A DNA stretch of 62,571 nucleotides, the filler included. It is 8 parts of 8 records of this genome, joined end to end, with 100 filler letters (N's around TTAATTAATTAA, not from the genome) between each part and the next. Parts side by side here need not be neighbours in the genome. Positions count along the whole stretch, not along the records: positions 30,036 to 41,612 come from SRR11831586_159; positions 41,713 to 45,702 come from SRR11831586_162; positions 45,803 to 50,961 come from SRR11831586_163; positions 51,062 to 53,175 come from SRR11831586_164; 4 more parts are not named here. One strand, written 5' to 3'. Within the stretch, counting starts at the first letter, position 1. Each line of letters starts with the position of its first letter. The translations under genes were made by a program, and so were the position numbers. The notes below the pieces were generated by a model. The model saw nothing but the letters and a program-made list of their open reading frames with translations. It searched no databases and was not told the origin of the DNA. Shown one piece after another: positions 38,496 to 51,141 of the stretch.

Positions 38496-39062
38496 TTAGC
38501 TGCGGCTGAGAACCCGGCGTGCTTCGTTGTAACGCTTCTTCCAGTACGGTTCATTCATGCTGGAAATAATAACACCACTGCTGGTGGAAGCATGGACAAA
38601 CTGATTGTTGCCGATATAAATACCGACATGGCGTCCCGTTGAACCGGCACGGAACAGAACTAAATCACCCGTACGCAAATTACTGCGGGAAACAGATTTA
38701 CCCATTTCCTGCTGTTCGTAAGTCGAACGCGGAAGTTCTAAGCCAAATTGCTCACGGAATGTACGCTGTACGAAACCAGAACAATCGATACCTTTTTTAG
38801 TGCTGCCGCCCAGACGATAACGTACGCCTTTCCAGTCAGCATACTGATCCATAATTCGCGATTTTACGTCGACATTACGAACCAGGTTTTCAAATTCATC
38901 CTGAGAAGCTTGCAGTGATGATGTTTCACTACCCACTGCACGTGTCTCAGGATGCATATTCTTTGCGGTGTTATTTGCACTACATGCAGAAAGCAGAACC
39001 GCTACTGCAATCGCGGGAATCCCGCGCAAGATATATCTCAAAATCGGTTGAGATTTGACCAT
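38496..39062 (-). CDS. mepS: NlpC/P60 murein DD-endopeptidase lipoprotein (spr)
   Basis: 188 aa, lipobox LSAC, DCSGF, HVGIY. Confidence 0.97.
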
Positions 39063-39473
39063 GTTGTTTGTTTTCCCTTGAAGTCCTTAACGACAAATAT
39101 CGTTATAAAAAAATGCCAAGCGACACGAGACTAATTACCTGGGCATGTTGAAACAATTCCTTAAGGCCAAATCTGTGGACTAACGCACAAAATTATATGC
39201 TGTGAGGATAATCTACCGCCGAGGCAAAACGAGTTCGAGATTACCCGATTGGTGCGGTCTTGGCGAGCGGTTTTACATGATTTTTTATAAGAAAAAGTGA
39301 TACAGAAAGTTAATAAGCGGGGTTGGTCAATTAAAGTACAATTGAGTGAAACGCATGCAATCCATTCATTTACTTAGAGAATGATTTTTGCGTTCGATAG
39401 ATGAAAGCACGGTGCGCATCATCAGGATTATCCTCACTATAAAAATAACCCTGATGATGTTAATTACTGTGAG

Positions 39474-40187
39474 TTATTTGTTTTGGAAATGTTTGTTTTT
39501 TCCTGGTAGTGATTTGTCAAAAAAGGTGATTAATCGATCACTTAATGGCGTCAGCAACACCCAGGGCAAACCGATCAATATCACGGTCATCGAACCGACA
39601 ATGATGTCAGTAAACCAGTGTGCGCCAATCATTACTCTGGGAAATGCAAAAACCACAAAAATAATAAGGGCGATAAGGCCTGCAACTTTGCCGAAATAAC
39701 GCCACATGAATGCCGAAAAAATAAGCAGCATCATGCCGTGATCGCCGGGAAAGCTATCTCGTGAGGCATCTTTCGTGGGAACAGAGAGCAGTTCGCTGAC
39801 GCGGTTAATATCGGTAAAAGTCAATGTTGGGCTGGCCCGTTTTACAGGAATTAATGCCTGACCCAGCTGGTTTAATACCACTGCAGTTAATAGCATGACC
39901 AGACCAATAATCACGATACGTCGTCTGCCAGGGGCGTTTTCTTTCAGCCAGAAACTCAGCATCAACATACCCATCGCCAGCAGTGAACAACCGTCGAAGG
40001 CGCGATTGTTGGTCAATGCAACCAGCCACAAAAAGGCCTTACTTTCGACCAGTTTCTGATTAAAGAAATAAAAAATATCCGCATCAATCGGCAACCAGAA
40101 TCCATGATTAACGGGGATATACCAGGAAAGAAACAGCGCGAGGCCGACAATATTCAACAACACTATTTGCGGCAAATTTTTAATCAT
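39474..40187 (-). CDS. lpxT: Lipid A 1-diphosphate synthase (PAP2 family)
   Basis: 237 aa from MIKNLP, SFPGDH, PRVMIGAHWFTD. Confidence 0.94.
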   Translation of the reverse strand: MIKNLPQIVLLNIVGLALFLSWYIPVNHGFWLPIDADIFYFFNQKLVESKAFLWLVALTNNRAFDGCSLLAMGMLMLSFWLKENAPGRRRIVIIGLVMLLTAVVLNQLGQALIPVKRASPTLTFTDINRVSELLSVPTKDASRDSFPGDHGMMLLIFSAFMWRYFGKVAGLIALIIFVVFAFPRVMIGAHWFTDIIVGSMTVILIGLPWVLLTPLSDRLITFFDKSLPGKNKHFQNK

Positions 40188-40225
40188 ATTTTCTCTAATT
40201 ATCTTACTGAAAAACGCAGGCAACC

Positions 40226-41212
40226 TTACGCGGTAGTCGCTAAACGAAGCTTCAACAGCGCGCTCTGCAAGGCATTCCAGTCAGCTTCGCTGCTGGAAAT
40301 CAGCTCAATACGGCTGTCCGGTGGCGCAACGTTTTGCGTTTCAATGTGCAGGTCATCGCCCTGACGGTTGATTCGCACCAGCCCTTCGGGAATACGCAGC
40401 ACGCCTTTGACGCGTTCCACCGGTGCAAGTCGCGCCCATTCCAGAATGCCAATGGTGTCGAATACCGTATCAGCGTCGAATATCCAGCCGCAGGCCTGAT
40501 ATCCTTGCCCGCTGTTCAGACTGCGACGCCAGCGTTGATGCTCTGGCAGGCTTAACGCTGCTAACCCTTTTTTCACGACATGCTGATGAGAATGCGCGGC
40601 GCTGGCGGGCAACTCGGCTAAATTGCGACGCGGCAAATCCAGAAGATGACCGTCAACTTTCCCATGCTCACTGTGAATTAATTGTCGATCGCCACCATTT
40701 TGCTGCCACCAACGCTGTAGCGCTTGCTCACTTTCGGGCGTCGTACGGTCGGATTTATTGGCGACAATGATGTCTGCGGCAGCCAGCTGGTCACGGAAGT
40801 TTTCATTGCTGGCGCTTTTTCGTTCCAGCAGCAAGCGCGGATCGAGAATGCACAAGGTGGCGCGCAGATCTATCCACGGTTCATAGACTGGTGCGGTTAA
40901 CAGATCGAGGATCTGTTTCGGATGGCCCAGCCCGGTCGGCTCTATCAACAAGCGGTCTGGTTTTCCCTGACGCAGTAAGGTATTCAACCCTACCTGCATG
41001 GGTAAACCATTAACGCAGCACATGCAGCCGCCGGGGATCTCTTTCAGCAATGCGCCGCTATCGGCGAGCAAAGCACCATCAATTCCGACTTCCCCAAATT
41101 CATTAACCAGTACCGCCCATTTTTCGTTGGGATCTTTATGGGCTAACAGATGAAGAATCGACGTGGTTTTCCCGCTGCCGAGAAAACCGGTGATGAGGTT
41201 GGTCCTGGTCAC
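40226..41212 (-). CDS. yeiR: COG0523 zinc-binding GTPase
   Basis: 328 aa, GFLGSGKTT, CMCC, EPTGL, NKSD. Confidence 0.95.
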   Translation of the reverse strand: MTRTNLITGFLGSGKTTSILHLLAHKDPNEKWAVLVNEFGEVGIDGALLADSGALLKEIPGGCMCCVNGLPMQVGLNTLLRQGKPDRLLIEPTGLGHPKQILDLLTAPVYEPWIDLRATLCILDPRLLLERKSASNENFRDQLAAADIIVANKSDRTTPESEQALQRWWQQNGGDRQLIHSEHGKVDGHLLDLPRRNLAELPASAAHSHQHVVKKGLAALSLPEHQRWRRSLNSGQGYQACGWIFDADTVFDTIGILEWARLAPVERVKGVLRIPEGLVRINRQGDDLHIETQNVAPPDSRIELISSSEADWNALQSALLKLRLATTA

Positions 41213-41329
41213 AACGGCTCCGCAATACTCTGGTAAGTTAACTGAGCGTTAATCCTGGCTAAAAAAGGCAGAAAAGAGAAGGGGAGAGCGGACGAAGGTG
41301 AGCTTCATCCGCTTTAACCGCAGAAATCG

Positions 41330-41612
41330 TTAAATTTTGAGGGTGTTTAATAGCGCCTGATGTGCGCCGAATTGTACGATTTGTTGCCAGGCTTGTTCGA
41401 TGGCCTGCACAAAATGCGGGTTATCTGGCAGATCATCACCGAAAACTTCACGCAGGGAAAGCAGGGCGGTTACGCGTTGTTCACTGCTGCTGCCCGCAAC
41501 AAGTTCGCGAATTTTATCGCTAAGCGGATCGCGAACATCAATGGCATTTCCGGCATCATCAACGCCGCTGACGTAACGCATCCAGCCTGCAACGCCTAAT
41601 GCCAGCAACGCC
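41330..41612 (-). CDS. yeiQ: Mannitol-dehydrogenase-family oxidoreductase, 3' end only
   Basis: LALGVAGWMRYVSGVDD...DVRDPL; upstream of yeiR; truncated. Confidence 0.85.
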
Positions 41613-41712
41613 NNNNNNNNNNNNNNNNNNNNNNNNNNNNNNNNNNNNNNNNNNNNTTAATTAATTAANNNNNNNNNNNNNNNNNNNNNNNNNNNNNNNN
41701 NNNNNNNNNNNN
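41613..41712. other. Artificial contig spacer
   Basis: 44 N + TTAATTAATTAA + 44 N. Confidence 0.99.
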
Positions 41713-41729
41713 GCGTAGCGCATCAGGCA
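41713..41729. repeat. REP/BIME fragment at contig start
   Basis: GCGTAGCGCATCAGGCA followed by the BIME-type linker GTTTTGCGTTTG. Confidence 0.75.
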
Positions 41730-41780
41730 GTTTTGCGTTTGTTCATCAGCCTGATGCCGGGCATAGCCCGGCATAAAAGA

Positions 41781-43145
41781 TTACTGCGCAGCGGCAGGTT
41801 TACGCGGACGGCGGCGACGTTGTTGTTCGCCTGCCGGTTTGGCATCGCCGAGGCGGCGAGACGGTTTTTCTGCAGGTTTCGCGCTTGCAGATTTTGCGCC
41901 ACCTTCCCCACGGCGTGGTTGCTGTTGACCGCGACCACCACCTTGCCCACGACCGCCGCCGCCACGTTGCTGGCGACCGTTCTGGATCGGTTCGGCTTTG
42001 ATTGACGGGTCCGGCTCATAGCCCGGAATCGCAATGCGCGGGATCTCTTTTTTCAGCAGTTTTTCGATATCACGCAGCAGTTTGTGTTCATCAACACACA
42101 CCAGCGACAACGCTTCACCGGTAGCAGCCGCACGACCGGTACGCCCGATACGGTGGACATAATCTTCAGGTACGTTTGGCAGTTCATAGTTGACGACGTG
42201 CGGCAGCTCTTCAATATCCAGGCCGCGCGCAGCGATGTCAGTTGCCACCAGTACACGAATATCGCCCGATTTAAAATCAGCCAGCGCACGAGTACGCGCA
42301 CCTTGCGATTTATTGCCGTGGATCGCCGCACTACGGATGCCATCTTTATTGAGCTGTTCAGCCAGATGGTTAGCGCCGTGTTTGGTACGGGTAAACACCA
42401 GCACCTGCTGCCAGTTCCCTTTCCCAATCATGTGCGACAGCAATTCGCGTTTGCGTTTCTTATCGACAAAGTGAACGTGCTGGGTCACCTGATCAGACGC
42501 GGTATTGCGGCGTGCCACTTCGATTTCCAGCGGGTTGTGCAACAGTTTTTCCGCCAGGGCTTTAATATCGTCAGAGAAGGTCGCGGAGAATAACAGGTTC
42601 TGGCGCTTCGCAGGTAGTTTTGTTAACACGCGACGGATATCGTGGATAAAGCCCATGTCGAGCATGCGGTCAGCTTCATCGAGGACGAGGATTTCAACCT
42701 GATCCAGCTTCACTGCATTCTGATGTTCCAGGTCCAGCAAACGTCCCGGGGTTGCCACCAGCACATCAACGCCGCCACGCAGTTTCATCATCTGCGGGTT
42801 AATACTCACACCACCAAACACCACCAGCGAACGAATGTTCAGGTATTTGCTGTAATCACGGACGTTTTCGCCAATCTGCGCCGCCAGTTCACGGGTCGGG
42901 GTAAGAATGAGCGCACGTACCGGACGACGCCCTTTGGCGTGCGGCTGGCGAGTGATCAGGTGTTGCAACAGCGGCAGCGTAAAGCCCGCTGTTTTGCCGG
43001 TGCCGGTCTGGGCGCTAGCCATCAGGTCGCGGCCTTCCAGCACCGCAGGGATCGCCTGCTGCTGAATAGGGGTGGGTTCACGGTAACCCTGCTCGGCAAC
43101 GGCGCGCAGGATATCAGGGCTTAAACCCAAAGAATCGAAAGACAT
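41781..43145 (-). CDS. rhlE: DEAD-box RNA helicase
   Basis: 454 aa, [29 protein letters not shown]. Confidence 0.97.
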
Positions 43146-43338
43146 AACTACTCCGAACCGCCCCGACCGTTACCGGTGTAGTTTTCAGGGAGATACTGAA
43201 AAGGAAAATGACAAAAACCACAATGTCATGAGGGAGCGGAGTGTAGCAGTTTTTGTGACGCAGCGCATAAATTATCCCTGTGACTGGCGTTGCTAAAATT
43301 CTTAGCCATACTGGACAACTCCCCTATGGAGTCATAAT

Positions 43339-43360
43339 CTTAATCAATCATTTGATTAAG
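43339..43360. promoter_or_regulatory. Palindromic TetR-type operator, likely CecR site
   Basis: CTTAATCAA-TCAT-TTGATTAAG just upstream of cecR. Confidence 0.7.
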
Positions 43361-43373
43361 AATGGACTGTGCG

Positions 43374-45702
<2,329 letters not shown>

Positions 45703-45802
45703 NNNNNNNNNNNNNNNNNNNNNNNNNNNNNNNNNNNNNNNNNNNNTTAATTAATTAANNNNNNNNNNNNNNNNNNNNNNNNNNNNNNNNNNNNNNNNNN
45801 NN
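45703..45802. other. Artificial contig spacer
   Basis: 44 N + TTAATTAATTAA + 44 N. Confidence 0.99.
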
Positions 45803-45830
45803 GGATAAGGCGTTCACGCCGCATCCGGCA
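45803..45830. repeat. REP element at contig start
   Basis: GGATAAGGCGTTCACGCCGCATCCGGCA. Confidence 0.9.
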
Positions 45831-45862
45831 CTCTTTCAGCAACATGGTTAGCGGAGGCCAAG

Positions 45863-46060
45863 ATGTTTGATTCACTGGCAAAAGCCGGAAAATATTTAGG
45901 TCAGGCGGCGAAGCTGATGATTGGTATGCCTGATTACGACAACTATGTCGAACATATGCGGGTTAACCATCCCGATCAAACGCCGATGACCTACGAAGAG
46001 TTTTTCCGTGAGCGGCAGGACGCGCGCTACGGTGGAAAAGGCGGCGCGCGCTGCTGCTAA
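45863..46060 (+). CDS. ybdD: YbdD/YjiX family small protein (CstA-associated)
   Basis: 65 aa, G.PDY..YV.H, C-terminal RCC. Confidence 0.92.
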   Translation: MFDSLAKAGKYLGQAAKLMIGMPDYDNYVEHMRVNHPDQTPMTYEEFFRERQDARYGGKGGARCC

Positions 46061-46069
46061 ATTTGTACG

Positions 46070-47158
46070 TCAGGCTTTAAACGATTCCACTTTTTTGAAC
46101 GCTGCACGCAACGTATCTGGTGTCAGCGTGACTGGCAGGTAATGAATGGACTCCACCGGACGCAGGGTGTGGGCAATCACTTTGTCGATCTCCGCCTGAT
46201 TATTGATATCCACTTCCAGCTCCGCCAGTGTAGTCGGCAGATGAAAACGCTGATACGCTCCAGTTAATTGCGCCAGCACATCATCCTGACCCAGCAAGGC
46301 GCTTTGCACCAGAATTCCGTAGGCGACTTTGGTGCCGTGGAGAAACTTCTCGGTTTGCGGCAGCACGGTCAGACCGTTATGCACGGCATGAGCTGCCGCC
46401 ACACGCGTAAAACGATCGCCCAGACCACCAACCATCCCACCACCAGCAATAATAGCATCCACCACATCGCAAAATGATTGCGTTAACTGTTGATTTTGCT
46501 GATCGCTCAGCGCCTGTTCGCTACTGTTTAACAAGACGTCGCGAATGGCTTGCGCATTATTGATCCCCAGTCGCACGGTTAGCGGCAACGTTTCTGGTTG
46601 CGGAGCCAGCACCACCGCTTCATACCATTTCGCCAGCGTGTCACCGATCCCCGCCAGCAGATATTGTTGCGGTGCATTGAGGATAATCTCCGGTTCCACC
46701 AGCACCATAAAATTGGCGTCGTCGAAAATCTCATAATGCAGCGCCTGTCCGGCATCATTATACCAGACGGAGAGCGGTGTCCAGGCGGCGCAGGTGGCGG
46801 CGATCGTCGGAACGGCAACAAACGGCAGACCGAGACGGCGGGCGAGGGCTTTCGCGGTGTCGAGCAGTGCACCGCCACCGACGCCAATCACCACGCTGCG
46901 GTCGTCACCGGACTCAGCCGCCAGTTGTTGTACATCGCTTTCGCTGCAATGACCGCGAAACAAAATATGCTTTGCCCCTGGCAGTCCAAACGCTGGCGGA
47001 AGTTTGGTTTGCGCCGCAGCAATGGCGCGTTTGCCGTAGATCCACACCGCGCGAGAAAGTTGTTCATCAGTGAAAAAATCGTGCAGGTGATTGAAACTTC
47101 CTGGATGTGAAAAGTAGTTAGCCGGGCCGACGACCACGCGGATAGGATTGTGAGGCAT
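46070..47158 (-). CDS. hcxA: Hydroxycarboxylate dehydrogenase A (ybdH), glycerol-dehydrogenase-like
   Basis: 362 aa, GVGGG..LDTAK, HAVHN, HGTKVAYG. Confidence 0.92.
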   Translation of the reverse strand: MPHNPIRVVVGPANYFSHPGSFNHLHDFFTDEQLSRAVWIYGKRAIAAAQTKLPPAFGLPGAKHILFRGHCSESDVQQLAAESGDDRSVVIGVGGGALLDTAKALARRLGLPFVAVPTIAATCAAWTPLSVWYNDAGQALHYEIFDDANFMVLVEPEIILNAPQQYLLAGIGDTLAKWYEAVVLAPQPETLPLTVRLGINNAQAIRDVLLNSSEQALSDQQNQQLTQSFCDVVDAIIAGGGMVGGLGDRFTRVAAAHAVHNGLTVLPQTEKFLHGTKVAYGILVQSALLGQDDVLAQLTGAYQRFHLPTTLAELEVDINNQAEIDKVIAHTLRPVESIHYLPVTLTPDTLRAAFKKVESFKA

Positions 47159-47184
47159 GTTGTGTTGTCCTTATTGTTTTATTT

Positions 47185-47200
47185 AGACATCTAAACGTCT
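47185..47200. promoter_or_regulatory. Tandem MetJ boxes in the hcxA/ybdL divergent promoter
   Basis: AGACATCT-AAACGTCT, each 7/8 to AGACGTCT. Confidence 0.8.
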
Positions 47201-47266
47201 TGATTGCCAAATACTAGCATCGTGTTATAGTGCCTTCAACACGCAACTTCGTCAGGTACAATAAAA

Positions 47267-48427
47267 ATGACAAATAACCCTCTGATTCCACAAAGCAAAC
47301 TTCCACAACTTGGCACCACTATTTTCACCCAGATGAGCGCGCTGGCGCAGCAACACCAGGCGATTAACCTGTCGCAAGGCTTTCCTGATTTTGATGGTCC
47401 GCGCTATTTACAGGAGCGGCTGGCGCACCACGTTGCACAGGGGGCAAACCAATACGCGCCCATGACCGGCGTGCAGGCCTTGCGCGAGGCGATTGCTCAG
47501 AAAACGGAACGTTTGTATGGCTATCAACCAGATGCCGATAGCGATATCACCGTAACGGCAGGGGCGACGGAAGCGTTATACGCGGCGATTACCGCACTGG
47601 TGCGCAATGGCGATGAAGTGATTTGTTTTGATCCCAGCTATGACAGTTACGCCCCCGCCATCGCGCTTTCTGGGGGAATAGTGAAGCGTATGGCACTGCA
47701 ACCACCGCATTTTCGCGTTGACTGGCAGGAATTTGCCGCATTATTAAGCGAGCGCACCAGACTGGTGATCCTCAACACTCCGCATAACCCCAGTGCAACT
47801 GTCTGGCAGCAGGCTGATTTCGCCGCTTTGTGGCAGGCGATCGCCGGGCACGAGATTTTTGTCATTAGCGATGAAGTCTACGAGCACATCAACTTTTCAC
47901 AACAGGGCCATGCCAGTGTGCTGGCGCATCCGCAGCTGCGTGAGCGGGCAGTGGCGGTTTCTTCATTTGGCAAGACCTATCATATGACCGGCTGGAAAGT
48001 GGGTTATTGTGTTGCGCCAGCGCCCATCAGCGCCGAAATTCGCAAGGTACATCAGTATCTGACCTTTTCGGTGAATACCCCGGCACAGCTGGCGCTTGCT
48101 GATATGCTACGTGCAGAACCTGAGCATTATCTTGCGTTACCGGACTTTTATCGCCAGAAGCGCGATATTCTGGTGAATGCTTTAAATGAAAGCCGGCTGG
48201 AGATTTTACCGTGTGAAGGTACATACTTTTTGCTGGTGGATTACAGCGCGGTTTCTACCCTGGATGATGTTGAGTTTTGCCAGTGGCTGACGCAGGAGCA
48301 CGGCGTAGCGGCGATTCCGCTGTCGGTGTTTTGCGCCGATCCCTTCCCACATAAACTGATTCGTCTCTGTTTTGCCAAGAAGGAATCGACGTTGCTGGCA
48401 GCAGCTGAACGCCTGCGCCAGCTTTAG
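47267..48427 (+). CDS. ybdL: PLP-dependent methionine aminotransferase
   Basis: 386 aa, NLSQGFPD, NTPHNP, SDEVY, SFGKTYHMTGWKVG. Confidence 0.95.
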   Translation: MTNNPLIPQSKLPQLGTTIFTQMSALAQQHQAINLSQGFPDFDGPRYLQERLAHHVAQGANQYAPMTGVQALREAIAQKTERLYGYQPDADSDITVTAGATEALYAAITALVRNGDEVICFDPSYDSYAPAIALSGGIVKRMALQPPHFRVDWQEFAALLSERTRLVILNTPHNPSATVWQQADFAALWQAIAGHEIFVISDEVYEHINFSQQGHASVLAHPQLRERAVAVSSFGKTYHMTGWKVGYCVAPAPISAEIRKVHQYLTFSVNTPAQLALADMLRAEPEHYLALPDFYRQKRDILVNALNESRLEILPCEGTYFLLVDYSAVSTLDDVEFCQWLTQEHGVAAIPLSVFCADPFPHKLIRLCFAKKESTLLAAAERLRQL

Positions 48428-49057
48428 CTATTTAACCGTCCAGGCGCGGGAATATTGACGGTCGGCAAACAACTCTTGCAGGCCGTTAATTTGCTTCAGG
48501 CGCAGCACTTCGTCGCTGTCCATTCCCAGCTCTTTGCCAATTTTATTATCGTCCCATCCCAACTGGCTAAGTTCACGGACGATTTCCGACATGGCGGTGA
48601 TTTGATGGCGTCCACGAGCGCGATTATGACGAATAGTCGCGGCGATGCGTTGATTACGCGTACCTTCCAGACAGGTCACCGGCAAATAACCTTTTAAGCG
48701 TAATTTTAATGATGATGAGCCTTTACCAATTTCATGGCGGTGAAAACCATCCACGATTTCCATGGCATTTTTATCCGTATGTGTGACCACAATGGGTTGG
48801 GTAAAACCATCTATTTCAATGGATTTTTGCAGCAGTTTTTTTTCGGGTGGTGCCACGTTGTTTGGGTTGTAATCATTAGGCATAAGTTGGCTGTTTTTAA
48901 CCCACAGAACGCAATCCACTGGCTCTTCACGAAAGGGGCTAACCTGATGGATCGCCATGCGGATTTCATTAATCGCTTTGATGCGATCATCTTCCGGCAA
49001 GCTGGCGAGAAATTGCGTTAAATCCTGCGTTAATCGTTGTTGCATAGTATCCCCCAT
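48428..49057 (-). CDS. ybdM: ParB/Srx-like domain protein (IbrB-like)
   Basis: 209 aa, PNDYNPN, GFTQPIV, IVDGFHR, TIRHNRARG. Confidence 0.92.
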   Translation of the reverse strand: MGDTMQQRLTQDLTQFLASLPEDDRIKAINEIRMAIHQVSPFREEPVDCVLWVKNSQLMPNDYNPNNVAPPEKKLLQKSIEIDGFTQPIVVTHTDKNAMEIVDGFHRHEIGKGSSSLKLRLKGYLPVTCLEGTRNQRIAATIRHNRARGRHQITAMSEIVRELSQLGWDDNKIGKELGMDSDEVLRLKQINGLQELFADRQYSRAWTVK

Positions 49058-50250
49058 TCCTGACGTTTTCCTTTTATCCGTTCGTTATAACGCTGATAGT
49101 TCTTCGATTTTGTGGGGCTAAATGATAATGCCCGACACCAGTAATCGTTATTGAGTAAAACTTTGCATATCCGCCGCCAGGAGGGGATATCTTTCGCGCC
49201 AATGTCCCCTTGCTGGGTTTGTGGAACCTCGATGCCTTTTTTCTGATACCAGTGCAAATAAATGGCGATTTTATTGCGGTAATGCTCAGCTGTTTTTTCC
49301 GGCATGCTATTGAGCAGCAATAATGCATATTCTTGCCAGTCTAAATGTTCTGGCTTGAGGATTTTCCGATGCCCATAGAAATGATTGTCATGTCCGGCGT
49401 AAATGCCGCCACTTTTTACCCCGCTGACTCGTGCGCACATAGCAGCCCAGCGATCCGGTTCGATAACGTGATAGAGCCATAATCCTTGTCGTTGCTCCGG
49501 GCCAAAAGGTTCGCAAATTCGCATATGACGCAGAGGAACGCCTGCCTGATACATTAGGTTATACAGTGGGTTGCAGAGACTTTGATGATTTGCATACCAG
49601 GTCCAGATATCAGCCACTTTCCAGTCGTAAATGGGGTAAATGTACCAGCTATGACCGCCTGGTGCGGCCGTAGTCCAGGGTTTATCGTCGGCAAAACGTT
49701 GTTTATTTAAACTGGCGATGGCGACAAAACGGTTGTAGGACTCATCCGCACGGATGCCGATCATCATCGCCGCCGGACGTTTTTGTGAAAACCATTCGGC
49801 AAACTCACGTACAAATTGTTCGAAGGTCATGCCTGGCTGGTAAAAGCAGAAAAAGTCAGGGTCGGTTATCGCATCTTGGGGAGGTTGACGTACCCATTCG
49901 ACATCAGGTTCCCAGCACTGCCATTCGGGTTGGTATTGTGAAAGGGAATTTTGCGTCGTAAGCGGGAGCGCAACCCAGTAAAACTCTTCGATGACATCGG
50001 TGTACAACTCGCGCAGGGACTGAACATAGTTAATGGTGCAAGAGAATTGCGCCTCCCAGTCGATAAACAAAACGCAGATTTTTTTGCCCATTTGTCGGGC
50101 AAGTTCGGCTGTCAGATGCAGCATTAAACCAGAGTCTTTGCCGCCAGAAAATGAGACACAAACGCGGGGTAGGGTGTTGAGTGTCCAGGTAATACGCTCT
50201 CGTGCAGCTTCCAGAATATTGAGCGGAAGAGGAATTTTATAAATAGACAT
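49030..50250 (-). CDS. ybdN: PAPS-reductase-family (PP-loop) protein with DUF3440 (IbrA-like)
   Basis: 406 aa, SFSGGKDS, GIRADES, YPIYDW. Confidence 0.92.
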   Translation of the reverse strand: MSIYKIPLPLNILEAARERITWTLNTLPRVCVSFSGGKDSGLMLHLTAELARQMGKKICVLFIDWEAQFSCTINYVQSLRELYTDVIEEFYWVALPLTTQNSLSQYQPEWQCWEPDVEWVRQPPQDAITDPDFFCFYQPGMTFEQFVREFAEWFSQKRPAAMMIGIRADESYNRFVAIASLNKQRFADDKPWTTAAPGGHSWYIYPIYDWKVADIWTWYANHQSLCNPLYNLMYQAGVPLRHMRICEPFGPEQRQGLWLYHVIEPDRWAAMCARVSGVKSGGIYAGHDNHFYGHRKILKPEHLDWQEYALLLLNSMPEKTAEHYRNKIAIYLHWYQKKGIEVPQTQQGDIGAKDIPSWRRICKVLLNNDYWCRALSFSPTKSKNYQRYNERIKGKRQEWGILCNND

Positions 50251-50396
50251 CTGAAGACGCTCTCTGAACGTTACAGGGTGATCAGTGAGATAAGTCTGTT
50301 AATTATAAAGTAAACACTGTAAAGCAGAGTGTTTTATTTTTCATTCGCGCTGTGAATAAATAGATGAAAGTTATAGTAGCTGTCTGTAGTTATATA

Positions 50397-50961
50397 TCAA
50401 AAACTCTCATTTAGACGGTCAATAAATCGGGAGAACACCAAATTATTTAAAGAAGATTTATTATAGGAAATGTAAAGCTTTATTGAAGGTAACGGATGTT
50501 CTAGTTTTATCTCTTTTAAGTTAAGAAAGTCACGGTAGGAATTATAAAGTTCATAGGGGACTATTCCCAGTAAATCTGTAACTGCAATGCTATTAATGAT
50601 TGTCAGCAAAGAGGAACCACGAAATGAGATTTTGCGATTCATAAATCTCTCGTCTATTTCCATTTGAATATCATCAACCCCTGCTGATTTAGATATTAAT
50701 TGGGTGAACTCTTCTGCCATAATTTGTTCATAAGTGCTATTGTCAGTAATTCGTGGATGCCTATTACTACAAATTAGAGTATTGCGAATCGTATGCAATG
50801 GCATGCAAATGACGGAACGGCTGATCACTGGCATTTGGGTGATCACCAGATCGGCTTTGCGGTGAACCAACAGTTCTTCAGCATTCTCTGCTGACATGAG
50901 GATATCATGGCACTCAATCTCGACAGAGGAATCTTGCCGTAGGCAGCGGATCAGCATACTA
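50397..50961 (-). CDS. ybdO: LysR-family regulator, C-terminal substrate-binding part (truncated)
   Basis: AT-rich ORF ending ...FIDRLNESF, upstream of ybdN. Confidence 0.85.
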
Positions 50962-51061
50962 NNNNNNNNNNNNNNNNNNNNNNNNNNNNNNNNNNNNNNN
51001 NNNNNTTAATTAATTAANNNNNNNNNNNNNNNNNNNNNNNNNNNNNNNNNNNNNNNNNNNN
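50962..51061. other. Artificial contig spacer
   Basis: 44 N + TTAATTAATTAA + 44 N. Confidence 0.99.
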
Positions 51062-51141
51062 ACTTGGTTATGGGACCTGTCAGGAAATAAAACGGAATGA
51101 AGAGCAATTGTGAGTCGAAAACACCGTACCGTGCATCATTA

